Below are positions 8,967 through 16,579 of a stretch of DNA of 24,000 bases, one piece after another. The notes beneath the pieces were generated by a model. That model did no database searches. It saw only the letters and a program-made list of their open reading frames with translations, and was not told the DNA's origin. The DNA comes from Lysobacteraceae bacterium USHLN149 (lineage in GTDB: Bacteria; Pseudomonadota; Gammaproteobacteria; Xanthomonadales; Xanthomonadaceae). Numbering within the stretch: position 1 is the stretch's first letter; every line of letters begins with the position of its first letter. The stretch lies in assembly GCA_037145635.1 (NCBI GenBank), contig JBBCXB010000005.1:278319-302318 (forward strand). The letters run 5' to 3'. The translations under genes were made by a program, and so were the position numbers.

Positions 8967-9878
8967 TCAGTCCAGCGCGCGGCCCTGGCGCCAGTAGCCC
9001 ATGAAGGTCACCGCGCGGCGGTCGATGCCGCGCTCGGCCAGCAGGTGCCGGCGCAGCCGCAGGACCGCTCCGGCCTCGCCGGCGATCCAGGCGTAGAAGC
9101 CGTCGCCGCCGTCGGCGGCCTGTTCCCACAGGATGTCGCGGTCCACGTCCACCGGGGCCGGCTCGGCCAGGGCACCGGGCGAGGCCGGCGTCTCGCCCAG
9201 GTCGAGCGCACGCAACGCCTGCAGCAGGCGTTCGCCGTGCGCCGCGCCGTCGTCCTGGCGCGGCAGCCAGTGCACGTCGCGCAGCGCATCGGCCTGCCGT
9301 GCCGGGTAGTGCGCGTCGGCCCGCTGCGGGATCTCGATCAGGGCGCTGACCCGGGGCGGCGCCGCCGCCGCGGCCAGGTCCTCGAGGATGCCGGCGGCCG
9401 CGGGCAGTGCGGTCTCGTCGGCGACGATCAGCAGCCGGCGTGCATCGGCCGGCGGGCGCCACTCGCAACCCGCCGCGGCGGCCTCGCCGCCGGCGCAGGG
9501 CGCCCACACCTGCAGCCGATCGCCGGCGCGCGCGTGCACGGCCCAGCGCGAGGCCGGCCCGGTCTCGCCATGCAGCACGAAGTCCACGTCCAGCTCGCCC
9601 TGCGCGGGCCGCAGCGCGCGCACGGTGTAGGTACGCATCGGCGGCCGCCGCTCGTCCGGCAGCGCGCGGTAGGCGGCGTACCAGTCCGGCCCGTCGGCGA
9701 GCGCGGGCGCGCCGCCGTCGGCGGTGGGGAAGAACAGCTTGATGCGCTGGTCCGGTCCGTAGCTGCGCATCTGCGCCAGGTCGGGGCCGGCGAACACGAT
9801 GCGTCGCAGCGACGGGGTCAGCGCGACGCAGTCGCGGACGCGGACATCGAACAGGCGGTACGGGGATGGTGCGGGCAT
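8967..9878 (-). CDS. Siderophore-interacting protein / ferric-siderophore reductase (SIP/ViuB family, FAD-binding)
   Basis: I prefer the start at ATG 9878 (MPAPSPYRLFDVRVRD...), which has GGAGG 6 nt upstream. The track ORF start at 9959 adds an Arg-rich, non-protein-like leader. Motifs: LTPSLRRIVFAG, PMRTYTVR, YAWIAGEAGAVLRLRRHL. Confidence 0.8.
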   Translation of the reverse strand: MPAPSPYRLFDVRVRDCVALTPSLRRIVFAGPDLAQMRSYGPDQRIKLFFPTADGGAPALADGPDWYAAYRALPDERRPPMRTYTVRALRPAQGELDVDFVLHGETGPASRWAVHARAGDRLQVWAPCAGGEAAAAGCEWRPPADARRLLIVADETALPAAAGILEDLAAAAAPPRVSALIEIPQRADAHYPARQADALRDVHWLPRQDDGAAHGERLLQALRALDLGETPASPGALAEPAPVDVDRDILWEQAADGGDGFYAWIAGEAGAVLRLRRHLLAERGIDRRAVTFMGYWRQGRALD

Positions 9879-10168
9879 CGCAGGCCTCCGGGAACGTGGC
9901 CGACGCCGGGCGCGGCGTCGCGGGGGGAGGCTGGCAATGACGCTGGCGCAGGCCGTCATCCTACACCGGCGGCTTCGGCCGCGGCCCCCGGCGGCAGACG
10001 GGCGCGGCAGGGGAACCCCGCCCAGGGCCGCCGCCTCGCGCTGGGTACCCGGCGCTCCTCGATCGAGGGGCGGGGGGGACAGCCCGGGGGACGTTCCGGC
10101 GCGAAGCCGGGCCCCCGGGGTCTGCGCAACGAACGCGGGGGCGTCTCGTGGCTGCGCCGCGCGGGCCG

Positions 10169-10208
10169 CGGCGACAGCGGCGGCAGCGGCGGCAGCGGCG
10201 GCAGCGGC
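10169..10208. repeat. Tandem 9-mer microsatellite (CGGCGGCAG) x ~4.4 in an intergenic spacer
   Basis: Direct reading gives cggcgacag cggcggcag cggcggcag cggcggcag cggcc. Confidence 0.9.
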
Positions 10209-10373
10209 CGGTCCTAAGCCACGGCCGACGGCCGCCCCGCGCCTATCCGAGTGGCTCGTCGCCGGGCAGGCGGCGCGGCGCCTCCACCGCCGCGCGGCAG
10301 GCGGGGTCCCGCCGGTCCAACGGACGCGCGGCCGGCGGGGCGGAGGTCCTGCCGCCGGGCCGCGCGCGCGCCG

Positions 10374-11753
10374 CTACGGCAGCACCTTGCCCGGGTTGAG
10401 GAGGCCATCGGGATCGAGTGCGGCCTTGATCGCGCGCATCGCCGCCAGCGTCGGCGCGGTGAACGCCTGCGCCATGAAGTCGCGCTTGGCCACGCCGATG
10501 CCGTGCTCGCCCGACAGCGTGCCCTCCAGCGCCAGCACCAGCGCGAACAGCCGCGGCAGCGCCGCGTGCGCGCGTGCGTGCTCCGCGGCGTCGTCGGGGC
10601 GGTACAGGATGTTGACGTGCAGGTTGCCGTTGCCGGCATGGCCGAAGGCCACGATCGGCAGGTCGAATTCGTGCGCCAGCGCCTCCACGCCGTCCACCAG
10701 CGCGGGGATGCGCGAGACCGGCACCACCACGTCCTCGTTGATCTTGCCCGGGCGGATCGTGCGCAGCGCCGGCGACAGCGCACGGCGCGCGGCCCACAGC
10801 CGGTCGCGCGCGGCACCGTCGGCGGCCACGTCCAGCGACAGCAGGCCGTCGCCCTCCGCGGCGGCGGCCAGCGCTTCCAGTGCGTAGGGCAGGGTGTCGT
10901 GGCTGCCGTCGGCCTCGATCAGCAGCATCGCGCCGGCCTCGGGCACCTCGGTGCCGTTGCGGCGCAGCAGCGCGATCGCGCTGCGGTCCATGAACTCCAG
11001 CATCGCCGGGATCTGCGGCTGCGCCATCAGCCGCGACACCGCGGCCGCGGCGGCGGCCGCGTCGCGGTAGAACGCGCGCAGCCCGGCCTGCGCCTGCGGC
11101 CGCGGCGACAGCTTGAGCGTGGCCTCGACGATGATCGCCAGCGTGCCCTCGCTGCCGACCAGCAGGTGGGTGAGGTCGTAGCCGGTGGCGTCCTTGGTGT
11201 AGGCGCCGCCGCAGCGGATCACCTCGCCGGTGCCGGTCACCGCGACCAGGCCGAGGACGTTGTCGCGGGTGGCGCCGTACTTCACCGCGCGCGGGCCGCC
11301 GGCATTGCAGGCCAGGTTGCCGCCGATGCTGCAGAGCTCGGCACTGGACGGATCCGGCGGCCAGAACAGCGCGTGCGGCGCCAGCGCATGCTGCAGCTCG
11401 GCGTTGAGCACGCCCGGCTGCACCACCGCGCAGCGGTCGGCCGGGCGCAGCGCCAGGATCCGGTTCATCCGCGTCATCGCCATCACCACGCCGCCGCCGA
11501 ACGGCACCGCGCCGGCCGCGGTCCCGGTGCCGGCGCCGCGCGCCACCACGGGCACGCCGTGCGCGCGGCAGGCCTGCACGATCGCCACCACGTCGTCGAC
11601 GTCGCGCGGCAGCGCCACCGCATCGGCCAGCGCCCAGCGTCGCGAGTCGTCCTCGCCGTAGCGGCGGCGGCTGGCGTCGTCGGCCAGCCAGCCGTCCTCG
11701 CCCAGGCGGGCCGACAGGGTGCGGACCAGGTCCGCGGGGAGGGAAGCGCTCAT
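10374..11753 (-). CDS. FAD-linked oxidase, GlcD / D-lactate dehydrogenase family
   Basis: Start placed at ATG 11753 (MSASLPADLVRTL...). It forms an ATGA overlap with the upstream gene's stop at 11750-11752. The track start at 11924 would overlap that gene by 175 nt. Motifs: VVARGAGTGTAAGAVP, SGEHGIGVAKRDFM, DPDGLLNPGKVLP. Confidence 0.85.
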   Translation of the reverse strand: MSASLPADLVRTLSARLGEDGWLADDASRRRYGEDDSRRWALADAVALPRDVDDVVAIVQACRAHGVPVVARGAGTGTAAGAVPFGGGVVMAMTRMNRILALRPADRCAVVQPGVLNAELQHALAPHALFWPPDPSSAELCSIGGNLACNAGGPRAVKYGATRDNVLGLVAVTGTGEVIRCGGAYTKDATGYDLTHLLVGSEGTLAIIVEATLKLSPRPQAQAGLRAFYRDAAAAAAAVSRLMAQPQIPAMLEFMDRSAIALLRRNGTEVPEAGAMLLIEADGSHDTLPYALEALAAAAEGDGLLSLDVAADGAARDRLWAARRALSPALRTIRPGKINEDVVVPVSRIPALVDGVEALAHEFDLPIVAFGHAGNGNLHVNILYRPDDAAEHARAHAALPRLFALVLALEGTLSGEHGIGVAKRDFMAQAFTAPTLAAMRAIKAALDPDGLLNPGKVLP

Positions 11754-12301
11754 CGGGTAGGTTCCGTAGGACGGGATCTGGACGGCGGCGCCTGCAGCAC
11801 CCGCCAGGCGGCCGCCGCCAGGGCCAGCGGCAGCCACACCCAGCGCAGCTCCGAGGCCAGCGTGGCCAGCCCGCGGGCGTTGAAGAAACCGCCGACGAAA
11901 GGCGACACCCGGATCGGCCGCCACGGCGCGAACTCACGGGCCTCGCTCCACGGCCAGGCCAGGGCCACGCCCAGGCCGCCGGAGGTCATCGCGTCCAGCA
12001 GCGGATGCGAGGCGGCGCAGAGCCACAGCCACAGCGCCGCCTGCAGCGGCCGCGCCTGCAGCCAGCGGTACGCGCAGGCGCCGAGCGCGGCGACCAGCGT
12101 GGCGAACAGCAGCGAATGGCTGGCGCCGCGGTGGCCGAACGCATCGGCGTACGGGACGTGCAGCGCGAACCCGAGCACGTCGGCATCGGGCAGCATCGCC
12201 GCGGCCACGCCGGCGGCGAGCAGGCGCCGCGACAGGCGGCCGCGCTCGCTCGCGCACCACAGCGCCAGCGGCACCGCGGCATGGGTGAGAAAGGTGGGCA
12301 T
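11750..12301 (-). CDS. Membrane-bound metal-dependent hydrolase, YdjM/DUF457-like
   Basis: 183 aa. Starts MPTFLTHAAVPLAL, has His-rich motifs (GHRGASHSLLF, ASHPLLD) and several hydrophobic helices. Sits 3 nt after the yraN stop. Confidence 0.65.
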   Translation of the reverse strand: MPTFLTHAAVPLALWCASERGRLSRRLLAAGVAAAMLPDADVLGFALHVPYADAFGHRGASHSLLFATLVAALGACAYRWLQARPLQAALWLWLCAASHPLLDAMTSGGLGVALAWPWSEAREFAPWRPIRVSPFVGGFFNARGLATLASELRWVWLPLALAAAAWRVLQAPPSRSRPTEPTR

Positions 12302-12304
12302 CGG

Positions 12305-12688
12305 TCAGCAGTCGTCGACGCGGAACGCGTCCTTGATCCAGTTCAGCACGGGCGGTTCGCCGCCGGCCTCGACCACGTCGAAGCGGCAGGGCGCCTGGGC
12401 CAGCGCCGGGTGCCGGCCCAGGAACAGCTGCGCGGCCAGGACCAGCTTGCGGCGCTTGCGGCGGTCGACCGAGGCCGCGCCGCCGCCGTAGCCGTCGTCG
12501 CGGCGGTAGCGCACCTCGACGAACACCACGGTGTCGACGCCGTCGGCGCCGCGCTCGCGCATCACCAGGTCGAGTTCGCCGCCGCGGAAACCCGCGTTGC
12601 CGGCCACCGGCACCAGGCCGGCGCGTTCGAGATGCTGCCGCGCGGCGAGCTCGACCGCACTGCCGCGCGCGCGCCGGTCGACGCTCAC
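12305..12688 (-). CDS. yraN: YraN family (UPF0102) predicted endonuclease
   Basis: Motifs [20 protein letters not shown] and RFDVVE. I prefer the GTG start at 12688, 5 nt after the lpoA stop, giving ~127 aa as is typical for the family. The alternative ATG at 12775 would overlap lpoA by 83 nt. Confidence 0.75.
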   Translation of the reverse strand: MSVDRRARGSAVELAARQHLERAGLVPVAGNAGFRGGELDLVMRERGADGVDTVVFVEVRYRRDDGYGGGAASVDRRKRRKLVLAAQLFLGRHPALAQAPCRFDVVEAGGEPPVLNWIKDAFRVDDC

Positions 12689-12692
12689 GGGC

Positions 12693-14423
12693 TCAGCGGT
12701 TGTCGGCGATCGGCATCGACCGGCCGCCGCTGAACGTGGACCAGGCCGGCGTGCGCAGCACGTTGCCGAAACCATCCAGGTGCAGGGTGCCGGTGGCGCC
12801 GCGCAGGCCGCCGTCGTCGCCGGTGGCGAGCTTTTCCAGGTAGGCGGTGATCTTCCAGGCGTCGAAGCCGAACGCGAACAGGCGCGAGGCCGCGCCGCGC
12901 GCGCTCGGCAGCATCCCGGCGACCTGGGCCGAGGAGGGCAGACCGGCCACGCCGGTGGCGCTCCAGGCCTCGGTCGGGTAGACGATGCCGTCCAGCGCCA
13001 GGTCCTCCTCCGGCTTGCCGGTACCCATCACCAGCTGCGAGGTGCCGACGCGGCTCTTGCCCGCGAACCCGGCCAGCGCCAGCTGCGGCGCCAGCGCGCG
13101 CGCGGTACCGCCGCGCACGGCCAGGAACACCGCATCGGCGGTGCCATAGTTGCGCAGCTGCGCGCCGATGTCGCCCGGCGCCTCGGCCACGCTGATGCTG
13201 CCGGCGACCTGGCCGCCGCGCTGGGCGAAGCGCTCGCGGAACGCGGTCACCGCGCGCTTCCCGCTGTCGTCGCCGGTGCCGATCACCAGCACGTTGCGAC
13301 GCTCGCGCGCCAGCAGGTACTCGGCGGCGATGATGCCGTCGTCCTCCGGCGCCAGCGAGAAGCCGGCGCTGCCGGACGGCGGAGCCTTGGCGTCGATCGG
13401 CCGGTTCAGCGCCAGCACCGGCACGCGCAGCTCCGGCCGGGCGAACACGGCGCTGACCTCGTCGCGGCCCAGCGGCCCGACCACGAAGTCGGCGCCGGCG
13501 GCCACCGCCTTGTCGTAGGCGGCGTTGGCGCCGGCCGGGGTGCCGGCGGTGTCAATGAACTGCACGTCGGGCCGGCGCCGGGTCTCGGCGTAGTAGCCGG
13601 CCAGCAGGCCGTCGCGCACCGGGGCGGCGGCGGTGGCCAGGCTGCCGGTCAGCGGCAGCAGCACCGCCAACTTCACCGGCGGGCGGTAGCCGTCGCGCTC
13701 GGCGGGCGGGCGCTTGCTGGTGTCGAAGCCCCACTGCTCGCCGCGGTCGAACGCGCGCGGCAGCGGCAGGCCGCGGCTGATCAACGCGCGCCCGGCGAAG
13801 TTGTACAGTGGGTCGCCGGCCGGCAATGCCGCGGTGCGGCCCTTCAGGGTCGCGTCGTCGAGCGAGGCCAGCAGGCGCACGATCGCGCGCTGGTTGGCGG
13901 TGCGCGGCTCGCCGGTCAGGCCGAGGTCGGCGCGGGCGCGCTCGACCGCCGCGCCGAACGCGTCGCCATTGGCTTCCAGCGCCGCGGCGCGGGCCAGGTG
14001 CCAGCGCGGCTGCAGCGTCTGCGGCAGTCCCTGCGGCGAATCGCCCAGCGCCTGCAGCGCCTGCGCCGGCTGCCGGTCGGCCACGGCGAACTCGGCGCCG
14101 AGCAGGTTGAAGCGCTCGCGGTCCTCGCCGCCCAGCTGGCGGGCGTTGACCTGGGCAGCCAGCGTGCGCGCGCGCGCGCCGTCGCCGGCCTCGTTCCAGG
14201 CGAACGCGGCCGCGGCCAGCAGGCGGCTGCGCTGGGCGCCGCTGGCCGTGGCCGCCTCGTTCTCCAGCTGCTGCGCGGCCTCGCGCGGCTTGCCCTGTTC
14301 CAGCAGGGCCAGGGCGGCAGCCTGGGTGGGCGAGGCGATCGGCGTGACACTGCTGGTGGCGCACCCGGCGGCGAGCATCGCCACCAGCGACAGTGCGGAA
14401 ATCCTTGCGAGGCGCTTGTTCAT
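12693..14423 (-). CDS. lpoA: Penicillin-binding protein activator LpoA (outer-membrane lipoprotein)
   Basis: 576 aa. Lipoprotein signal with lipobox [11 protein letters not shown], an Ala-rich TPR-like N-terminal half and a periplasmic-binding-protein-like C-terminal half ([10 protein letters not shown]..., [11 protein letters not shown]). Shows the conserved rsmI <-> lpoA-yraN divergent synteny. Confidence 0.85.
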   Translation of the reverse strand: MNKRLARISALSLVAMLAAGCATSSVTPIASPTQAAALALLEQGKPREAAQQLENEAATASGAQRSRLLAAAAFAWNEAGDGARARTLAAQVNARQLGGEDRERFNLLGAEFAVADRQPAQALQALGDSPQGLPQTLQPRWHLARAAALEANGDAFGAAVERARADLGLTGEPRTANQRAIVRLLASLDDATLKGRTAALPAGDPLYNFAGRALISRGLPLPRAFDRGEQWGFDTSKRPPAERDGYRPPVKLAVLLPLTGSLATAAAPVRDGLLAGYYAETRRRPDVQFIDTAGTPAGANAAYDKAVAAGADFVVGPLGRDEVSAVFARPELRVPVLALNRPIDAKAPPSGSAGFSLAPEDDGIIAAEYLLARERRNVLVIGTGDDSGKRAVTAFRERFAQRGGQVAGSISVAEAPGDIGAQLRNYGTADAVFLAVRGGTARALAPQLALAGFAGKSRVGTSQLVMGTGKPEEDLALDGIVYPTEAWSATGVAGLPSSAQVAGMLPSARGAASRLFAFGFDAWKITAYLEKLATGDDGGLRGATGTLHLDGFGNVLRTPAWSTFSGGRSMPIADNR

Positions 14424-14441
14424 TTCAGGTCCATTCGGCGG

Positions 14442-14459
14442 GACTCGCCCGGGCGAGTC
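14442..14459. promoter_or_regulatory. Perfect 18-bp palindrome in the lpoA/rsmI divergent intergenic region
   Basis: GACTCGCCCGGGCGAGTC equals its own reverse complement. It lies 19 nt from the lpoA start and 45 nt from the rsmI start. Confidence 0.4.
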
Positions 14460-14503
14460 GGTGAAGACGCTACGATTCTACCCTTGCCCCTGGAATACCG
14501 CTG

Positions 14504-15334
14504 ATGACGTCCCCCGGAACCCTGCATGTCGTGGCCACGCCGATCGGCAACCTCGGCGATCTGTCGCCCCGCGCCCAGGACGTGCTGCGCGGGGTCGACG
14601 CGATCTGTGCCGAGGACACCCGCCACAGCCGCCAGCTGCTGTCGCACTTCGGCATCGAGCGGCCGCTGGTGGCGTTGCACGACCACAACGAGGACGCGCT
14701 GGCGCAGCGGATCGTGGCGCGGCTGCTGGGCGGCGAGTCGCTGGCGCTGGTCAGCGACGCCGGCACCCCGCTGGTCAGCGACCCCGGGTTCCGGCTGGTG
14801 CGCGCCGCGCGCGAGGCCGGCGTGCGGGTCAGCCCGGTGCCCGGGGCCTGCGCGGTGATCGCCGCGCTCAGCGTGGCAGGCCTGCCCAGCGACCGCTTCA
14901 GCTTCGAGGGCTTCCTGCCGGCCAAGGCCGCGGCGCGGCGCGAGCGCCTGGCGCGCCTGGTTGCCGAGACCCGCACCCTGGTGTTCTACGAGTCCTCGCA
15001 CCGCATCCTGGAATCGCTGGCCGACCTGCGCACGGCCTTCGGCGACACCCGCCGCGCGGTGCTGGCGCGCGAGCTGACCAAGCTGTTCGAGACGGTGCTC
15101 GACGGCACCCTGGCCGACCTGCAGGCACGGGTCGAGGCCGACGACAACCAGCGCAAGGGCGAGTTCGTGGTGATGGTGCAGGGCGCCGCCGACGACGCCG
15201 ACGCCCAGCTGGCCGAGGGCCGCCGCGTCTACGCCACGCTGAGCGCGCACCTGCCGCCGTCGACCGCCGCCAAGCTGGCCGCCGAGCTGACCGGCGCCTC
15301 GCGCAAGGCGCTCTACGGCAACCGCTCCGACTAG
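14504..15334 (+). CDS. rsmI: 16S rRNA (cytidine1402-2'-O)-methyltransferase RsmI
   Basis: 276 aa. Motifs: LHVVATPIGNLGDLSPRA, ICAEDTRHSRQLL, SDAGTPLVSDPG, LVFYESSHRI. Confidence 0.92.
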   Translation: MTSPGTLHVVATPIGNLGDLSPRAQDVLRGVDAICAEDTRHSRQLLSHFGIERPLVALHDHNEDALAQRIVARLLGGESLALVSDAGTPLVSDPGFRLVRAAREAGVRVSPVPGACAVIAALSVAGLPSDRFSFEGFLPAKAAARRERLARLVAETRTLVFYESSHRILESLADLRTAFGDTRRAVLARELTKLFETVLDGTLADLQARVEADDNQRKGEFVVMVQGAADDADAQLAEGRRVYATLSAHLPPSTAAKLAAELTGASRKALYGNRSD

Positions 15335-15340
15335 GCTCGT

Positions 15341-15374
15341 CCGATCTGATCCGATCCGATCCGATCCGATCCGA
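15341..15374. repeat. Pentamer microsatellite (CCGAT) x ~7, with one CTGAT variant
   Basis: Direct reading gives ccgat ctgat ccgat ccgat ccgat ccgat ccga. It starts 7 nt after the rsmI stop. Confidence 0.9.
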
Positions 15375-15418
15375 CCGAATCCCGAATCCCGAATCCCGAA
15401 TCCCGAATCCCGAATCCG
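15375..15418. repeat. Heptamer microsatellite (CCCGAAT) x ~6
   Basis: Direct reading gives ccgaat cccgaat x5 ccg. It is contiguous with the pentamer array and ends ~14 nt before a GACAAT -10-like hexamer (15432-15437) upstream of rnpB. Confidence 0.9.
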
Positions 15419-15444
15419 GACCGCGACATGCGACAATGCGCGCG

Positions 15445-15874
15445 GCGGAGTCGGCCAGACAGTCGCGTCACCCGCAAGGGTGCCGAGGAAAGTCCGGGCT
15501 CCACAGGGCAAGGTGCCAGGTAACGCCTGGGCGGCGCGAGCCGACGGAAAGTGCAACAGAAAGATACCGCCTAAGTCCCTCGTCACCCCGCTGTCCCCAT
15601 GGATCCGCCCCGGCGATGCGACGCATCGGCCCAGGGCCGTCCGAGGCGGCAGCGGGGTGGCGAGGGAACGGTAAGGGTGAAATGGTGCGGTAAGAGCGCA
15701 CCGCGAGTCCGGTAACGGACCGGCACGGCAAACCCCACCTGGAGCAAGACCAAATAGGGATCCTTTGGCGTGGCCCGCGCTGGATCCGGGTAGGTTGCTC
15801 GAGCGCCGCGGTGACGCGGCGCCTAGACGAATGACTGTCCACGACAGAACCCGGCTTACCGGCCGGCTCCGCCG
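15445..15874 (+). ncRNA. rnpB: RNase P RNA, bacterial type A (M1 RNA)
   Basis: Collinear with E. coli M1 RNA. Shared blocks include GGAGUCGGCCAGACAGUCGC and GAGGAAAGUCCGGGCUCC. Also GGUGCCAGGUAACGCCUGGG, GGUAAGGGUGAAAUGGUGCGGUAAGAGCGCACCGC and GAAUGACUGUCCACGACAGAACCCGGCUUACCGGCC. P1 pairs 15445-15460 with 15861-15872. One helix is extended: a 17-bp stem pairs 15577-15593 with 15650-15666. Ends are +/- ~5 nt. Confidence 0.95.
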
Positions 15875-15925
15875 CTCCTTCCGCTTCGCGCAAGGAGCCC
15901 CAAACTTTGCTGCGCAAAGTTCGGG
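15874..15925 (+). terminator. Two consecutive hairpins immediately 3' of rnpB; candidate terminator / 3'-processing structure
   Basis: Hairpin 1: GCTCCTT-11 nt-AAGGAGC (15874-15898). Hairpin 2: AACTTTGC-tgc-GCAAAGTT (15903-15921), extendable by CCC/GGG. Only a TT follows, so there is no classical U-tract. Confidence 0.35.
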
Positions 15926-15966
15926 CCCCGGCTCACCTACCTCCAATTCCCCGCGGCTGTCGCCGC

Positions 15967-15987
15967 GCCCCCTTTACTAAAGGGGGC
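15967..15987. other. Near-perfect 21-bp palindrome GCCCCCTTTAcTAAAGGGGGC
   Basis: Read directly. 10 of 10 arm positions pair around the central C at 15977. Confidence 0.5.
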
Positions 15988-16579
15988 TTGCAGGGTGCAG
16001 GCAGTGTGGCGACCCGATGCAGGCCCACCAGGCCAGCAGAAGCAGGCCAGCAGAAGCAGCAGGAGCAGGAGCAGCAGTTAGGGGAACAGGAGACAGGGGA
16101 ACAGGGGGAGCGGAGTAAGCAGGGGAGTAGCGAGGTCGGCAAGGCCGCAAGTCCGGCCGCGCGAGGATAGCCATGCCATTGCCCTTGCCATCCTGGATCC
16201 CCGTGGAAGGCACAGGCGTGAGGGCCGGGTGGAGCGGCTGCGGGGGAGGGAAGGGCCGCTCATGTATTCGCAGCGTGTGCGTGTCCAGTAAAGCGCATTC
16301 CCCCGATGGATCAGTTATCCCTGCGGACTGCGTCGAAACTCGAGGCCTGGTGCTGAAGCCCACGAGTGTTGGCTCGGTGGCCCCGAAGACATGGGCCATC
16401 GAAGGTCCCGTCGCTGCCGGCGCCCCACGGGCCGCATGGCAACTCGCTGGCGTCATTCCGGAGGAGGCCACGCGGCGTAAGACCGGCGGGCTTGCAGCCA
16501 GGCAAGTGCTCCTGTTCTGACCTTCATCGCCTCGCCCTCGCCCTTACTCCTTGTTCTTAGTCCTTGCACTTAGCCTTTG

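Noticed and set aside
9879-9959. Longer N-terminal extensions offered by the ORF track: SIP from 9959, FAD oxidase from 11924, yraN from 12775, mraZ from 17654
   Set aside because: The extensions are Arg/Ala-rich or overlap upstream genes extensively. Internal starts give family-typical N-termini and better RBS or overlap geometry: GGAGG before 9878, ATGA at 11750-11753, GTG 5 nt after the lpoA stop, and GAGGTG before 17738.
10251-15946. Long ORFs 10251..12491(+), 10243..11937(-), 12531..14504(+), 13714..15693(+) and 14420..15946(-)
   Set aside because: Same reasoning. They shadow the FAD oxidase, ydjM-like, yraN, lpoA and rsmI genes, and even run through rnpB. They are low-complexity, Arg/Ala-rich translations.
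15907-16170. 87-aa ORF rich in Q/E (QQKQQEQEQQLGEQETGEQGE)
   Set aside because: It is a direct read-through of the CAGCAG/GGAGCAGG low-complexity repeats, with no start context. It is an artefact of repeat composition.
16173-16520. 115-aa ORF, and the antisense 164-aa ORF 15977..16471, as genes in the orphan region
   Set aside because: Neither has an RBS, a recognisable motif or protein-like hydrophobic periodicity. The N-terminal half is low complexity (GWSGCGGGKG). Only the tail looks faintly coding. I kept it as a possibility inside the orphan-region finding, not as a feature.
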